Shown here: positions 47,804 through 56,843 of the stretch, piece by piece | Layout: each line of letters starts with the position of its first letter | Numbering within the stretch: the stretch's first letter is position 1 | Assembly (NCBI GenBank): GCA_016870975.1 | Contig: VGAE01000001.1 | Coordinates: 69,637 to 133,636 of the forward strand | Reading direction: 5' to 3' | From: Actinomycetota bacterium | GTDB lineage: Bacteria; Actinomycetota; Actinomycetes; Nanopelagicales; Nanopelagicaceae | DNA length: 64,000 nt | Made by a program: the position numbers and the translations under genes | The notes under the pieces: model-generated | Told to the model about the DNA's origin: nothing | Seen by the model: only the letters and a program-made list of their open reading frames with translations | Databases searched by the model: none

Positions 47804-48595
47804 TTAGACCAACCGCTTCTCTAATAAATAGTCAGCAAGTTTTGATCCACCTTCACCAGAATCTTCGAGCTTGACACCCTTTTCACGAGGTGGTCGTGAT
47901 TGGGAATCAAGTACTTCGCTCCAAGCGGTCAACTCTGAGGCAGAAATACCCAGATCATTTAAAGTTTTATTTTCAATTGGTTTCTTCTTTGCTGCCATTA
48001 TTCCCTTAAATGATGGATATCTTGGCTCATTTATCTTCTCGATAACGCTAACTACGCAAGGAAATTTGGCCGACATATTCTCGACGCCGCTATCTGTCAT
48101 TCGGACGATTTCAACCTGTCTTGCTGCGACATCTACTTTCACTGATCCTGCAAAGGTTAATTGTGCCCAACCCAAGATCTCAGCAACCATCGCCGGAACT
48201 ACGCTCATTCTTGCATCGGTAGATTCAGTACCGCAGAAGACTAAATCAAAACCGCCCGATTTAATTGTGGAAGCTAAAACTTTTGCCGTTGAAACCGCAT
48301 CTGAACCCTGAAGTGCTACATCTGTTACCAAAATTCCCGAATGTGCGCCCATAGAGAGACCTTTGCGAATCGCTTCAGTAGCGCGTTCTGGACCCATCGA
48401 GATTACAGTAATTGAGTGTTCCGGAGTTTCCTCTCCTTCATTTAGCGGCTCAAGGATTCGAAGCGCTTCTTCTATGGCGTATTCATCAAGATCATTTAAA
48501 ACCGCATCGACACTTTCGCGATCTAGTCGGCCAGAGACCATCTTCTTCTCGGCCCAAGAATCAGGTACTTGCTTAACGCAAATCGCGATTTTCAT
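47804..48595 (-). CDS. etfB: Electron transfer flavoprotein beta subunit
   Basis: 263 aa with the MKIAICVKQVPD N-terminus. Lies 1 nt upstream of etfA. Confidence 0.9.
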   Translation of the reverse strand: MKIAICVKQVPDSWAEKKMVSGRLDRESVDAVLNDLDEYAIEEALRILEPLNEGEETPEHSITVISMGPERATEAIRKGLSMGAHSGILVTDVALQGSDAVSTAKVLASTIKSGGFDLVFCGTESTDARMSVVPAMVAEILGWAQLTFAGSVKVDVAARQVEIVRMTDSGVENMSAKFPCVVSVIEKINEPRYPSFKGIMAAKKKPIENKTLNDLGISASELTAWSEVLDSQSRPPREKGVKLEDSGEGGSKLADYLLEKRLV

Positions 48596-48647
48596 ATCGT
48601 CATGCTACTGAAGGGTAATCGAGCACTCCAATCGAACTTGGCAATAT

Positions 48648-49301
48648 GTGACCTACATCGAAGGTATTGGATGGTTGGATAGCAAGGTGATGCCTGCTGA
48701 TCTACCACCTCTTGGCACGCATGTAAGAAGCGAGGGAACCAGTTTCGCACTATGGGCACCCTCAGCAGAGTTGGTCGAATTAACTCTCTTCGAAGATAGT
48801 GGCCGCAAGGAGATTCGCCCTCCGCTAGAAGGCGGAGATGGTCCTATCTGGCGAGTATTTGTTCCTGGAGTAAGAGCTGGGCAGCGCTACGGATTTCGAT
48901 TACATGGTCCTTGGCAGCCTGACATAGGTCTCCGATTTAATCCAAATAAATCATTGATCGATCCGTATGTGCAATCAATAATTGGTGACCTTTAGAACGC
49001 GCCAGAAATATACGCGCATCAAGCTATTGATCAACTTGGAACCGGTGATCTATGGATCGAAGATCTAAGAGACTCCGCGCCTTTTGTTCCTCATTCTGTG
49101 GTCACAGATGCAAAGCCAAGATCAATAGATCGACCAGATATTCCCTGGCAACAGACCGTCATTTATGAGGCGCATCTACGTGGACTTTCTGCACAAAACC
49201 GCAAGATTCCCGAGAGGGAGCGTGGTACTTATGCTGCAGCGATGATGAGAATGATTGATTTTTCTCTTGTATCTTGGTTCACACAGATAGTTTATCAGTA
49301 G
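48648..49301 (+). pseudogene. glgX: Glycogen debranching enzyme GlgX remnant (N-terminal third, in-frame stop, 3' truncated)
   Basis: N-terminal CBM48-like region (SFALWAPSAELVELTLF...GQRYGFRLHGPW...RFNPNKSLIDPY) is interrupted by TAG at 48993-48995. It continues in the same frame (IPWQQTVIYEAHLRGLS...RGTYAAA) to a stop at 49299-49301. There it runs into the convergent DUF3145 gene, and the catalytic barrel is absent. Confidence 0.7.
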
Positions 49302-49797
49302 CTGCTAACGACTTTTCTCTACCTAGACGGAATGGCTCAAGTGCGTTATCCCACGTTTTCCCCACAAAATTCTCAAGTTCCTCAACAATTTTTGAGGTAG
49401 ATAAATTTTCTTGTAAAACACGTTTGATTTGATTTTCATTAATCAATAGATCTCCATGAGGTCCAACAGTGGAATGAAATAGACCTAGTTCTGGAGTATG
49501 CATATACATGACGTCTTCGCCACCTTGAGTTGCTACTTCATGCAATTCGAAAATTAAGTAATGCCAGCCGCGAAGCGCGCTTGCCAATCTTGAACTTGTA
49601 CCAATAGGACCGTTCCAAGTGAGCTCGCATCGCAAGCCACCTGGGTTAAGAGATTGCAGACTCCACTTTAAATTGCATGGATGGCCTAGCGCTTCATCAA
49701 GGCTCCACTCAATATTTTTTGCCATCACGCGAGGCGCAGAGTGAATACATAGATAGCCGTGGGCCTGTCCATACCCCACGACGGGTAGCGTTTTCAT
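49279..49797 (-). CDS. DUF3145-family protein (actinobacterial)
   Basis: YLCIHSAPRV...LKWSLQSL...LRCELTWNGPIGTSSRLASALRGWHYLIFEL matches the remembered DUF3145 pattern. ATG 49797 lies 5 nt after AGGAG. The track ORF start at 49824 is probably an over-extension. Confidence 0.75.
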   Translation of the reverse strand: MKTLPVVGYGQAHGYLCIHSAPRVMAKNIEWSLDEALGHPCNLKWSLQSLNPGGLRCELTWNGPIGTSSRLASALRGWHYLIFELHEVATQGGEDVMYMHTPELGLFHSTVGPHGDLLINENQIKRVLQENLSTSKIVEELENFVGKTWDNALEPFRLGREKSLAATDKLSV

Positions 49798-49891
49798 AGC
49801 AGCTCCTGGGTTAGCAAGCCGCATCCATTTGCAGATGCGACCTTCCCCAGCCCATCTGCCTCGGAACAGATTCTTACCTTATTTATATTTC

Positions 49892-49919
49892 TTGTCCACA
49901 CCTACCGGAGCGTTAAATA
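49892..49919 (+). promoter_or_regulatory. Candidate cspA promoter (TTGTCC-16 nt-TAAATA)
   Basis: The -35-like TTGTCC (49892-49897) and -10-like TAAATA (49914-49919) would give a 5' UTR of about 150 nt. Long leaders are typical of cold-shock genes. Sequence match only. Confidence 0.3.
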
Positions 49920-50074
49920 GGCGAATTCTCTTCAGCGATTTATCAGGGTAGGCTTGGCCCTAGTCCAACGCTTTTCGAAAACCACTTGCTTTTGCTTGAT
50001 CGGTCTGAAGAACGGGAAGACTGGCAAGCTAGAAAATCTCGTTTGTCCCAATCAAGACTGAAGGAAATAAGTAA

Positions 50075-50278
50075 ATGGCAACAGGCAAAGTAAAGTGGTT
50101 CAACTCTGAAAAGGGATTCGGATTCATTGCGGTAGATGGTGGCGGACAAGATGTCTTCGTTCACTACTCAGCAATCCAGGGATCTGGTTATAAGTCCCTT
50201 GAAGAGGGTCAGGCAGTAACTTTCGAAGTCATCCAGGGTCCAAAGGGTCCACAGGCTGACGCGGTAGTTCCTAACTAA
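50075..50278 (+). CDS. cspA: Cold-shock protein
   Basis: 67 aa with [12 protein letters not shown] (RNP1) and VFVHY (RNP2). Confidence 0.95.
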   Translation: MATGKVKWFNSEKGFGFIAVDGGGQDVFVHYSAIQGSGYKSLEEGQAVTFEVIQGPKGPQADAVVPN

Positions 50279-50297
50279 TCCACTTTCTTATTGGAAG

Positions 50298-50329
50298 CCC
50301 CGAGGAAACTCGGGGTTTTCTTATTTTTT
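50298..50329 (+). terminator. Rho-independent terminator after cspA
   Basis: Stem CCCCGAG/CTCGGGG with a GAAA loop (50298-50315), followed by TTTTCTTATTTTTT. Confidence 0.65.
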
Positions 50330-50944
50330 AGCTTTTTTCGCAGCTCGATTCACAGCCTTTACTGGCGATAAATTCTCGCCGGCTCGCCAAGCATCTAAAT
50401 ATTTCCAAGGCCAAATAGCGCCACGACGAATTTCCCAATCGCCAGGTTGCGTCTGAAAAGAAATTCCAAAATGCAAGTGGGGCTTCGGAATTCCTCGCGC
50501 GCTACCGGTTCTGCCAACTTCGCCAAGTTTCTGTCCCGCGACGACCCTAACGCCTGGATCGATGCCCTCTTCGACTTTGGATAAATGTGATCCGTAATAT
50601 CTAACGCCATCATCTCCAATAATTGAGACGGAAAGCCCGCCACGATGTTCGCCACGATTGGTCTTTCCGCTCCATAAATCTCTTCGGCTGACGTCTTGGA
50701 CTACGCCGGATATGGGTGCAACAAAAGCACAACCAAATTTAGTCTTGATATCTGTAGCCGGATAGTCATGATGATATTTTGAATAAGTAACTTTGCAACC
50801 GACAACTGGAAAAACATACGTTGTGTCAGCGTTTGCAGAGAGCGAATCAAAGAAACTTAACGCCAAAACAAATACCACAATAATTCGTATTCGCGTGCGC
50901 ATTCGGAGAAGGTAGCAATTCTCTCTGAGTTGACGTGGTAACAA
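50321..50944 (-). CDS. Secreted M23-family metallopeptidase
   Basis: 207 aa with signal-like RIRIIVVFVLALSFFDSLSANA. LytM-type motifs include HxxxD-like YHHDYPATD and HLHFGI. Start uncertain: TTG 50944 or ATG 50902. Confidence 0.8.
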   Translation of the reverse strand: MLPRQLRENCYLLRMRTRIRIIVVFVLALSFFDSLSANADTTYVFPVVGCKVTYSKYHHDYPATDIKTKFGCAFVAPISGVVQDVSRRDLWSGKTNRGEHRGGLSVSIIGDDGVRYYGSHLSKVEEGIDPGVRVVAGQKLGEVGRTGSARGIPKPHLHFGISFQTQPGDWEIRRGAIWPWKYLDAWRAGENLSPVKAVNRAAKKAKK

Positions 50945-50990
50945 AACGCTAAGTTTCCTGTGAGGTTTCCCTTCCAGTATGATTCAAGAG

Positions 50991-51067
50991 GGGGTAGTAG
51001 CTCAGTTGGTTAGAGCCCCGGACTCATAATCCGGTCGTCGTAGGTTCGAGCCCTACCTGCCCCACCA
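50991..51067 (+). tRNA. tRNA with CAU anticodon (elongator Met or lysidine-modified Ile2), CCA encoded
   Basis: Hand-folded. Acceptor GGGGTAG/CTGCCCC, D-arm GCTCAGTTGGTTAGAGC, anticodon stem CCGGA/TCCGG with loop CTCATAA, T-arm GTAGGTTCGAGCCCTAC. G1-C72 is paired, so it is not an initiator. Met versus Ile2 cannot be decided by eye. Confidence 0.85.
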
Positions 51068-51083
51068 GAGAATTGGAGTGCAC

Positions 51084-51344
51084 ATGGACTTAGTTGAATT
51101 AAAGTCCAGATGGAATGATGTTCTCGATTTACTCGAACGCAGGGATCGCGTCGCCTGGATCGCATACTTTGATGCGCGATTAGCATCTCTTGATGACGAC
51201 GTTTTGACTCTCCAGTTTATTGATGCGGAGAAAATGAGTGGAGCTCATGACTATAAAGCCACGCGAAACGATCGGATTCGAGGCGCTCTGGAGAGTGCAA
51301 TAAAAGAGGTAACTGGTAACAAAATTCGAGTTATTGAGATTTAG
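51084..51344 (+). CDS. Small cytoplasmic protein of unknown function, reminiscent of the DnaX (tau) extreme C-terminal region
   Basis: 86 aa from ATG 51084, which lies 5 nt after GGAG. The pattern W-x2-V/L-x2-L...R...AW...L...L-x-D-D-x-LTLQF...N-x-I-R-V resembles actinobacterial DnaX C-termini as I remember them. No search was done. Confidence 0.55.
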   Translation: MDLVELKSRWNDVLDLLERRDRVAWIAYFDARLASLDDDVLTLQFIDAEKMSGAHDYKATRNDRIRGALESAIKEVTGNKIRVIEI

Positions 51345-51948
51345 CCGATTTCCAATTTCGAATCGCTCTAATTATCAGAGCCATGACTACTAGCGCAATT
51401 CCAATATCTACGAAGAGATTTAGAGTGTTGGCCCAATCTTCGGCATCGCGCCATCTATCACCAAGTTGAATTCCAATGTATATCCAAGCCGCATTAAACA
51501 TAGAACTGCCTAATATAGTTAGTAGTGAAAACTTAGCTAGGTTCATTTTGGCCAAGCCCGCGGGAATGTTTACAAGTGAACGTATAAGCGGGAAAAAGCG
51601 GCCGATAAGAATTATTGCGCTCCCATATTTTTCGAAGAGTGTGAAGGATTTGTTCAGATCCGACTCTTCAACACCGAGATATTTTCCATATCGAGAGACA
51701 ATTCTCTGAAGTCGATTCCTGCTTAAACCGAACCCAAGCGTGTAAAGAACGAGCGCTCCTGCGAGAGATCCGATTGAAGTAGCAATCCAGAGTGGAAGAA
51801 AGCTGAATTCACCAGTTGAAATGTTGAAACCTGAGAGCAAAAGAACTAATTCAGATGGGAGTGGGATAACAATCGATTCAATTGCGATGAAAAGTCCAGC
51901 TCCGAAAACTCCCAGGCTTTCCACCAATTTAATTGCGAAATCGAGCAC
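51331..51948 (-). CDS. DedA-family membrane protein
   Basis: 205 aa, multi-TM, with the DedA-like GRFFPLIRSLVNIPAG motif. Confidence 0.85.
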   Translation of the reverse strand: MLDFAIKLVESLGVFGAGLFIAIESIVIPLPSELVLLLSGFNISTGEFSFLPLWIATSIGSLAGALVLYTLGFGLSRNRLQRIVSRYGKYLGVEESDLNKSFTLFEKYGSAIILIGRFFPLIRSLVNIPAGLAKMNLAKFSLLTILGSSMFNAAWIYIGIQLGDRWRDAEDWANTLNLFVDIGIALVVMALIIRAIRNWKSAKSQ

Positions 51949-52013
51949 GAGGCAAGGGTAGTCGCAACCGCGCGTCTCACCGAGTTTTAGGATTAATTGG
52001 ACATAATGGCGCG

Positions 52014-53618
52014 GTGATTTTTCGCCCGCTCGTGATGTTCATGGTCACTATTACATTGATTGCGCTTCCTGTGCCTGCAATTCAAGCGGCGAAACCCAGT
52101 ACGACTTTCTTTCTTGCGCAAACTCCTGGTTTTCCTGAATCCCAACTTACTTTTCACGGTTTGGTAAAGCCAAAAGTAAAGAATGCGATTGTTCGAATAG
52201 ATGTGAAATTAAAATCCGGATGGCGCGATACAAAACTACGAACTAAGACGACTACAAGTGGTTCATGGCGAATTCAATCTAAAGTTACTGCCTTTGACAC
52301 AACTGCTACCTATCGAGCAATAGTCGAAATTGGGAAAAAAAGATATGCAACAAAAGCGAAGTCAATAAAGATTAAGGAGCGGCCCCAGATAACGGCCCCG
52401 GAATCCCTAATCCCGCTAACCGGGCCTGGCGGGCGAATTCATGGCACCGATGTAAGCAGATGGCAACACCCAGGCGATAAGCCAATTGATTTCGTAAAGA
52501 TGTACAACGCCGGTATTAGATTTGTAATGATCAAAGCATCAGATACCCGCGATGAAGCAGATACCTTGGCTCTTAAGTTTCTATTGATAGATCGAAATGC
52601 AGCTCAAGCCGCCGGTATCTATACCGGTTACTACCATTACACAATTCTTCCTAATACGACCGATGAGCAAGCAGTAATTCGAGACGCTCAAGCACAAGCA
52701 CAAAAAGCGATCTGGCGATTGTCAAGCCTCGGCGGATATACCGGTCGAGATCTGCCTTACGCACTGGACCTTGAGAATAACTGCGTTTTAATTTCAGGTT
52801 CGGTATGCAGAAAATATGCTCAAAAAAAATTAGTAACTTTATGGGCCGAAACTTGGATGGAGACCATGTATGAAAAGACCGGTCGCAAGCCATTCTTTTA
52901 TTCGTATCCAACTTTTCTTGAGCAGGCCATGGTTCGAAGTGAGAAACTTCGCGAATATCCACTTTGGAAAGCACAATACGGTGTAGATCCCGCTGACCCA
53001 ACTGCTGAGCCTGGTCGAAAAATTTTTGGCTGCTTCGTGCACTCGTGGAGCACCGCAAATTGTTCTTCGCTCTGGCAGATCTGGCAGTACTCGTCATGTG
53101 GAATCGGTGAGAAATACGGTGTGACTTCCGCCCGGATTGATTTAAATGTTTTCCGTGGAAATATATTTGCGTTTTTACAGCTAACCAAGGGTGATTGGGT
53201 GCCCCAAACCGGGGATTATCTGCCGGTAAATGAGCCAACTTCGCTTCTAGTCACAAGTATTCGCGCCACTTCAACTGATAAAAGAACCGCAATAACTGTT
53301 GAGGTGCGGCGCCCAAATAACCAACCTGTAGTAACGGGAACTGTTACCTTCAAACTCGCAAATGATCCAGCCGCGAGAGTGGCTCAATCCCCCGTGCGCG
53401 ATGCCAGCGGAGTATGGACGCTTTACCTAAGCAAACTTCCTGCCGGCATCACTACCGGTTCGGTGATTTACGTCGACCAGACAAATACCCATGCGCGTTC
53501 TGAGCAATCTATTACTTTTGAACTTATTCAAGGTCCTGAACCAACGCCATCACCGACCCAAACTCCGAAACCTGTTAGACCCCCTGGCGATACATGTAAG
53601 AATCAGATTGTTAATTAG
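52014..53618 (+). CDS. Secreted GH25 muramidase (lysozyme) with extra N- and C-terminal beta-rich domains and a Pro/Thr tail
   Basis: The GH25 core has HGTDVSRWQH...FVMIKASD...ALDLE...IDLNVFRG. The signal peptide is IFRPLVMFMVTITLIALPVPAIQA if the GTG at 52014 is used (alternatives are 51933 and 52035). About 110 aa of unknown beta-rich sequence precede the core. An Ig-like segment of about 150 aa plus PEPTPSPTQTPKPVRPP follow it. Confidence 0.8.
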   Translation: MIFRPLVMFMVTITLIALPVPAIQAAKPSTTFFLAQTPGFPESQLTFHGLVKPKVKNAIVRIDVKLKSGWRDTKLRTKTTTSGSWRIQSKVTAFDTTATYRAIVEIGKKRYATKAKSIKIKERPQITAPESLIPLTGPGGRIHGTDVSRWQHPGDKPIDFVKMYNAGIRFVMIKASDTRDEADTLALKFLLIDRNAAQAAGIYTGYYHYTILPNTTDEQAVIRDAQAQAQKAIWRLSSLGGYTGRDLPYALDLENNCVLISGSVCRKYAQKKLVTLWAETWMETMYEKTGRKPFFYSYPTFLEQAMVRSEKLREYPLWKAQYGVDPADPTAEPGRKIFGCFVHSWSTANCSSLWQIWQYSSCGIGEKYGVTSARIDLNVFRGNIFAFLQLTKGDWVPQTGDYLPVNEPTSLLVTSIRATSTDKRTAITVEVRRPNNQPVVTGTVTFKLANDPAARVAQSPVRDASGVWTLYLSKLPAGITTGSVIYVDQTNTHARSEQSITFELIQGPEPTPSPTQTPKPVRPPGDTCKNQIVN

Positions 53619-55267
53619 AGCTTCAAAGCCAACTCTTGTCGGGCTACTGAATCTCGATATTGCTTCATAGATTCTTCCTTTTTACCGGAATCCCAACCGA
53701 GAGCTGTCGCAACTATTTCAGCAACTCCCCCAATTAACGAAATACCTTGATCTTGAAGTTCAAAATTCAATCTAGTTCTGCGATACATAACATCTGATAC
53801 GGAGAGAGCGCCTTCATGAGTGACTGCGTACCAAATCTCAGCCTTGAGATATGGCAACTCCGGCGAAAGTTTTTCTAAATACTTCGGGGGCGCTTCACTT
53901 AAAACTTCTGCAATCAGTGAACCATAACGATCTAGAAGATGTGTTACAGTTTCTGAAGTAATTTGATAAGTAGTTGCAAGACGCTGAACTTGATTTTTAA
54001 GAACTGCATAGCCTTCCGCTCCAATAATTGAGAGTGAATCAGTACAAGACTTTGCAATTATTCGCCGTAGATCCGATGTCGCTTCATTCACGGTATCTTC
54101 TGACATCACTCTATAAGTGGTGTATTTGCCACCAGCGATAGTTACAAAACCAGGTACTGGATGATCAACGACATGTTCTCGTGAAAGATCTGCGGTCTCG
54201 GAGTTATCTTCTTGAGAAATTAATGGTCGTAGTCCCGCAAATACGCTGATGACCTGGGATCTATCGAGTTTGGGTTCGAGAATTCGATTAGCTTGTTGAA
54301 TTATGCAATCAACGTCTGCTCTAGTTGCAATTGGTTCAGCTAAATCATCTTTGTAATCGGTATCCGTCGTACCAACTATCCACTTTCCTGACCAAGGAAT
54401 AATGAAAAGTACGGAATTTTCAGTCTTAAGAATTACCCCACTTTCGGATTTGATAGCGTTTCCTGGAACAACGATGTGCGCCCCTTTGGAGGTTCGAACT
54501 TTGTAGCCTGGCTTAATGCCAAAACTTCGATAAAGCTCATCGGTCCAAACGCCAGTTGCCATCACTGTCACTCGAGCCTTCACTTCAATTACCTCATCAC
54601 TCAAGAGGTCGCGAACTTTGGCGCCGACAATTCTTTTTCCATCCCTCAATAGCGCCTCGCACTTAATGCGGGTTCCAATTGCTGCGCCGTACTTTGCAGC
54701 AGTTCGGGCAACCATCATGGTATGACGAGCGTCATCTACCTGAGCATCAAAATAACGATATCCACCAGTGATCAAATCAAGCCGCAACGAGGGAGCAATC
54801 TCGCTTAATTCCTTCTGAGAGATGTGTTTATGCCAAGGTAAAGCTCGTTTAAACCCGCGTAGAGCGTCATAGAGAGCCAAACCAGCTCCAACGTATGTGC
54901 GCTCTTTAAATTTTTCTTGAAGTGGATAGATAAAAGAGACTGGCCTAACTAGATGAGGTGCAATCGTTGTAATCATCAGCTCTCGTTCTTGCAAGGCTTC
55001 TCGGACTAGTTTGAGATCATATTGTTCGAGATATCTAAGGCCACCGTGAATTAATTTTGAGGAACGCGATGAAGTCCCCGAGGCGAAATCGTTAGATTCA
55101 ACCAGCGCAACTGATAGTCCCCTCGATGCGGCATCGAGCGCGATGCCCGCTCCATTAACGCCGCCACCAATAACAAGTAGATCAAATTTATCTTTACGTA
55201 ACGCGGAAATAGCGCGCTGTCGATATTCAGGGCTAAGCGCAGAACTCAAGATTGACGATGGAGCCAC
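53615..55267 (-). CDS. glpD: FAD-dependent glycerol-3-phosphate dehydrogenase
   Basis: 550 aa with the [22 protein letters not shown] motif. GTG start at 55267, with a TTG alternative at 55249. Confidence 0.9.
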   Translation of the reverse strand: MAPSSILSSALSPEYRQRAISALRKDKFDLLVIGGGVNGAGIALDAASRGLSVALVESNDFASGTSSRSSKLIHGGLRYLEQYDLKLVREALQERELMITTIAPHLVRPVSFIYPLQEKFKERTYVGAGLALYDALRGFKRALPWHKHISQKELSEIAPSLRLDLITGGYRYFDAQVDDARHTMMVARTAAKYGAAIGTRIKCEALLRDGKRIVGAKVRDLLSDEVIEVKARVTVMATGVWTDELYRSFGIKPGYKVRTSKGAHIVVPGNAIKSESGVILKTENSVLFIIPWSGKWIVGTTDTDYKDDLAEPIATRADVDCIIQQANRILEPKLDRSQVISVFAGLRPLISQEDNSETADLSREHVVDHPVPGFVTIAGGKYTTYRVMSEDTVNEATSDLRRIIAKSCTDSLSIIGAEGYAVLKNQVQRLATTYQITSETVTHLLDRYGSLIAEVLSEAPPKYLEKLSPELPYLKAEIWYAVTHEGALSVSDVMYRRTRLNFELQDQGISLIGGVAEIVATALGWDSGKKEESMKQYRDSVARQELALKL

Positions 55268-55272
55268 ATGCG

Positions 55273-55279
55273 TAGGATA
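55273..55279. promoter_or_regulatory. Overlapping bidirectional -10-like element between the glpD and glpK starts
   Basis: TAGGATA reads TAGGAT on the plus strand, 7 nt before the glpK ATG at 55286. It reads TATCCT on the minus strand, 6 nt before the glpD GTG at 55267. Both fit the actinobacterial TANNNT -10 at leaderless spacing. Only 18 bp separate the two start codons. Confidence 0.3.
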
Positions 55280-55285
55280 CGCTCT

Positions 55286-56782
55286 ATGTCTTTTATCGGG
55301 GCGCTAGATCAAGGAACCTCTTCTACGAGGTTCATGATTTTTGACCAAGACGGAACTGTTGTTGGACAACACCAATTAGAGCATCGTCAAATATTGCCTA
55401 AACCAGGCTGGGTTGAACATGATGCCAGTGAAATCTGGCAAAGAACTGAAGAAGTAATCTCTACATCATTGAGAAAATCAGGAATTGCAGGAAAAGATTT
55501 AGCTGGAATCGGGATTACCAATCAGAGAGAGACTACAGTAATTTGGGATAAGCGAACGGGCAAACCGCTACATAATACAATTGTTTGGCAAGACACCAGA
55601 ACCCAGGAATTCTTGGATCGCTTTAGCGATAGCGAAAAAGCTTTAATAGTTAGTAAGACTGGTCTTGCGATTGCACCATACTTCTCTGGAAGTAAGTTGA
55701 ATTGGCTGATAAACAATGTATCTGAGGTAAAGAGCGCAGTTGAATCTGGTCACGCTTTGGCCGGCACTATTGATAGCTGGCTGCTCTGGAAATTGAGTGG
55801 AGGGACTCATAAGACTGATGTAACGAATGCCAGCCGAACCTTACTTATGGATTTGGAGATACTTGATTGGGATAGCGAGCTCTTAAGGCTTTTTGGCATC
55901 CCTAGAGAAATTCTTCCGACTATCTGCTCGTCATCCGAAGTTTTCGCAAGCACTCAAGTTAATGGACCGGTCGGTGCCGAGGTTGCTATCTCTGGAATCC
56001 TCGGGGATCAGCAAGCTGCAATGGTTGGACAAGTCTGCTTTGAAAAAGGAGATTCAAAAACCACTTATGGGACTGGCAATTTTGCCCTTCTGAATACTGG
56101 TGAAGAGATAGTTAGATCAAAGCATGGACTCTTAACCACAGTCTGCTTCAAATTTGGAAAGGAACCGGCTAGGTATGCATTGGAAGGATCAGTTGCAGTT
56201 ACTGGTTCTGCAGTTCAATGGTTGAGAGATCAGCTCGGACTCATAAAGAATGCCGGCGAGATTGAGACTTTGGCGGCGGCAGTTCCAGATAATGGTGGCG
56301 TTTATTTCGTGCCTGCATTCTCGGGTCTGTTTGCGCCGTATTGGCGAAGTGATGCGCGTGGTGTAATTGTTGGCTTAACACGCGCTGCAAATAAATCACA
56401 TATTGCGAGAGCTACTTTGGAGGCAATCTCATTCCAGACAAAGGAAATTCTTAATGCCATGGCTCAAGATAGTGGCGTTCGGTTGACTGAAATGCGCGTC
56501 GACGGCGGAATCACCGCGAATGAACTTTCTATGCAGATTCAGTCAGATGTAATGCAAATCGAGGTTGTCCGACCTAAAGTTATTGAGACAACTGCACTCG
56601 GAGCGGCTTATGCGGCTGGACTTGCTGTTGGATATTTTAAAGATATGACACAATGCAAAACCAAGTGGCAAGAAGCGCGCCGCTGGAAACCAGATTCAAA
56701 TTCCACAATCGCAATTGATGGGTACAAAAAATGGCAGAAAGCTGTGGAGCGTTCGCTAAATTGGATGGATGTCAAAAAGTAA
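55286..56782 (+). CDS. glpK: Glycerol kinase
   Basis: [17 protein letters not shown]-terminus and FGGY-family motifs throughout. The track ORF start at 55268 abuts the glpD start. Confidence 0.95.
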   Translation: MSFIGALDQGTSSTRFMIFDQDGTVVGQHQLEHRQILPKPGWVEHDASEIWQRTEEVISTSLRKSGIAGKDLAGIGITNQRETTVIWDKRTGKPLHNTIVWQDTRTQEFLDRFSDSEKALIVSKTGLAIAPYFSGSKLNWLINNVSEVKSAVESGHALAGTIDSWLLWKLSGGTHKTDVTNASRTLLMDLEILDWDSELLRLFGIPREILPTICSSSEVFASTQVNGPVGAEVAISGILGDQQAAMVGQVCFEKGDSKTTYGTGNFALLNTGEEIVRSKHGLLTTVCFKFGKEPARYALEGSVAVTGSAVQWLRDQLGLIKNAGEIETLAAAVPDNGGVYFVPAFSGLFAPYWRSDARGVIVGLTRAANKSHIARATLEAISFQTKEILNAMAQDSGVRLTEMRVDGGITANELSMQIQSDVMQIEVVRPKVIETTALGAAYAAGLAVGYFKDMTQCKTKWQEARRWKPDSNSTIAIDGYKKWQKAVERSLNWMDVKK

Positions 56783-56843
56783 GGAATAGATCTACTCCGT
56801 CGTTGGATAAGTGCGCACGCATACAGGTAGAGTAATAGGCACC

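Noticed and set aside
49943-50164. 73-aa minus-strand ORF spanning the cspA start and leader.
   Set aside because: It overlaps the unambiguous cspA coding sequence and its 5' UTR. The sequence is low-complexity and it is most likely spurious.
50991-53618. Possible integrated element or genomic island downstream of tRNA(CAU).
   Set aside because: There is no integrase, recombinase or phage structural gene. I could not see a direct repeat of the tRNA 3' end. Composition looks similar to the neighbouring sequence by eye. It is kept only as a low-key question under the hydrolase finding.
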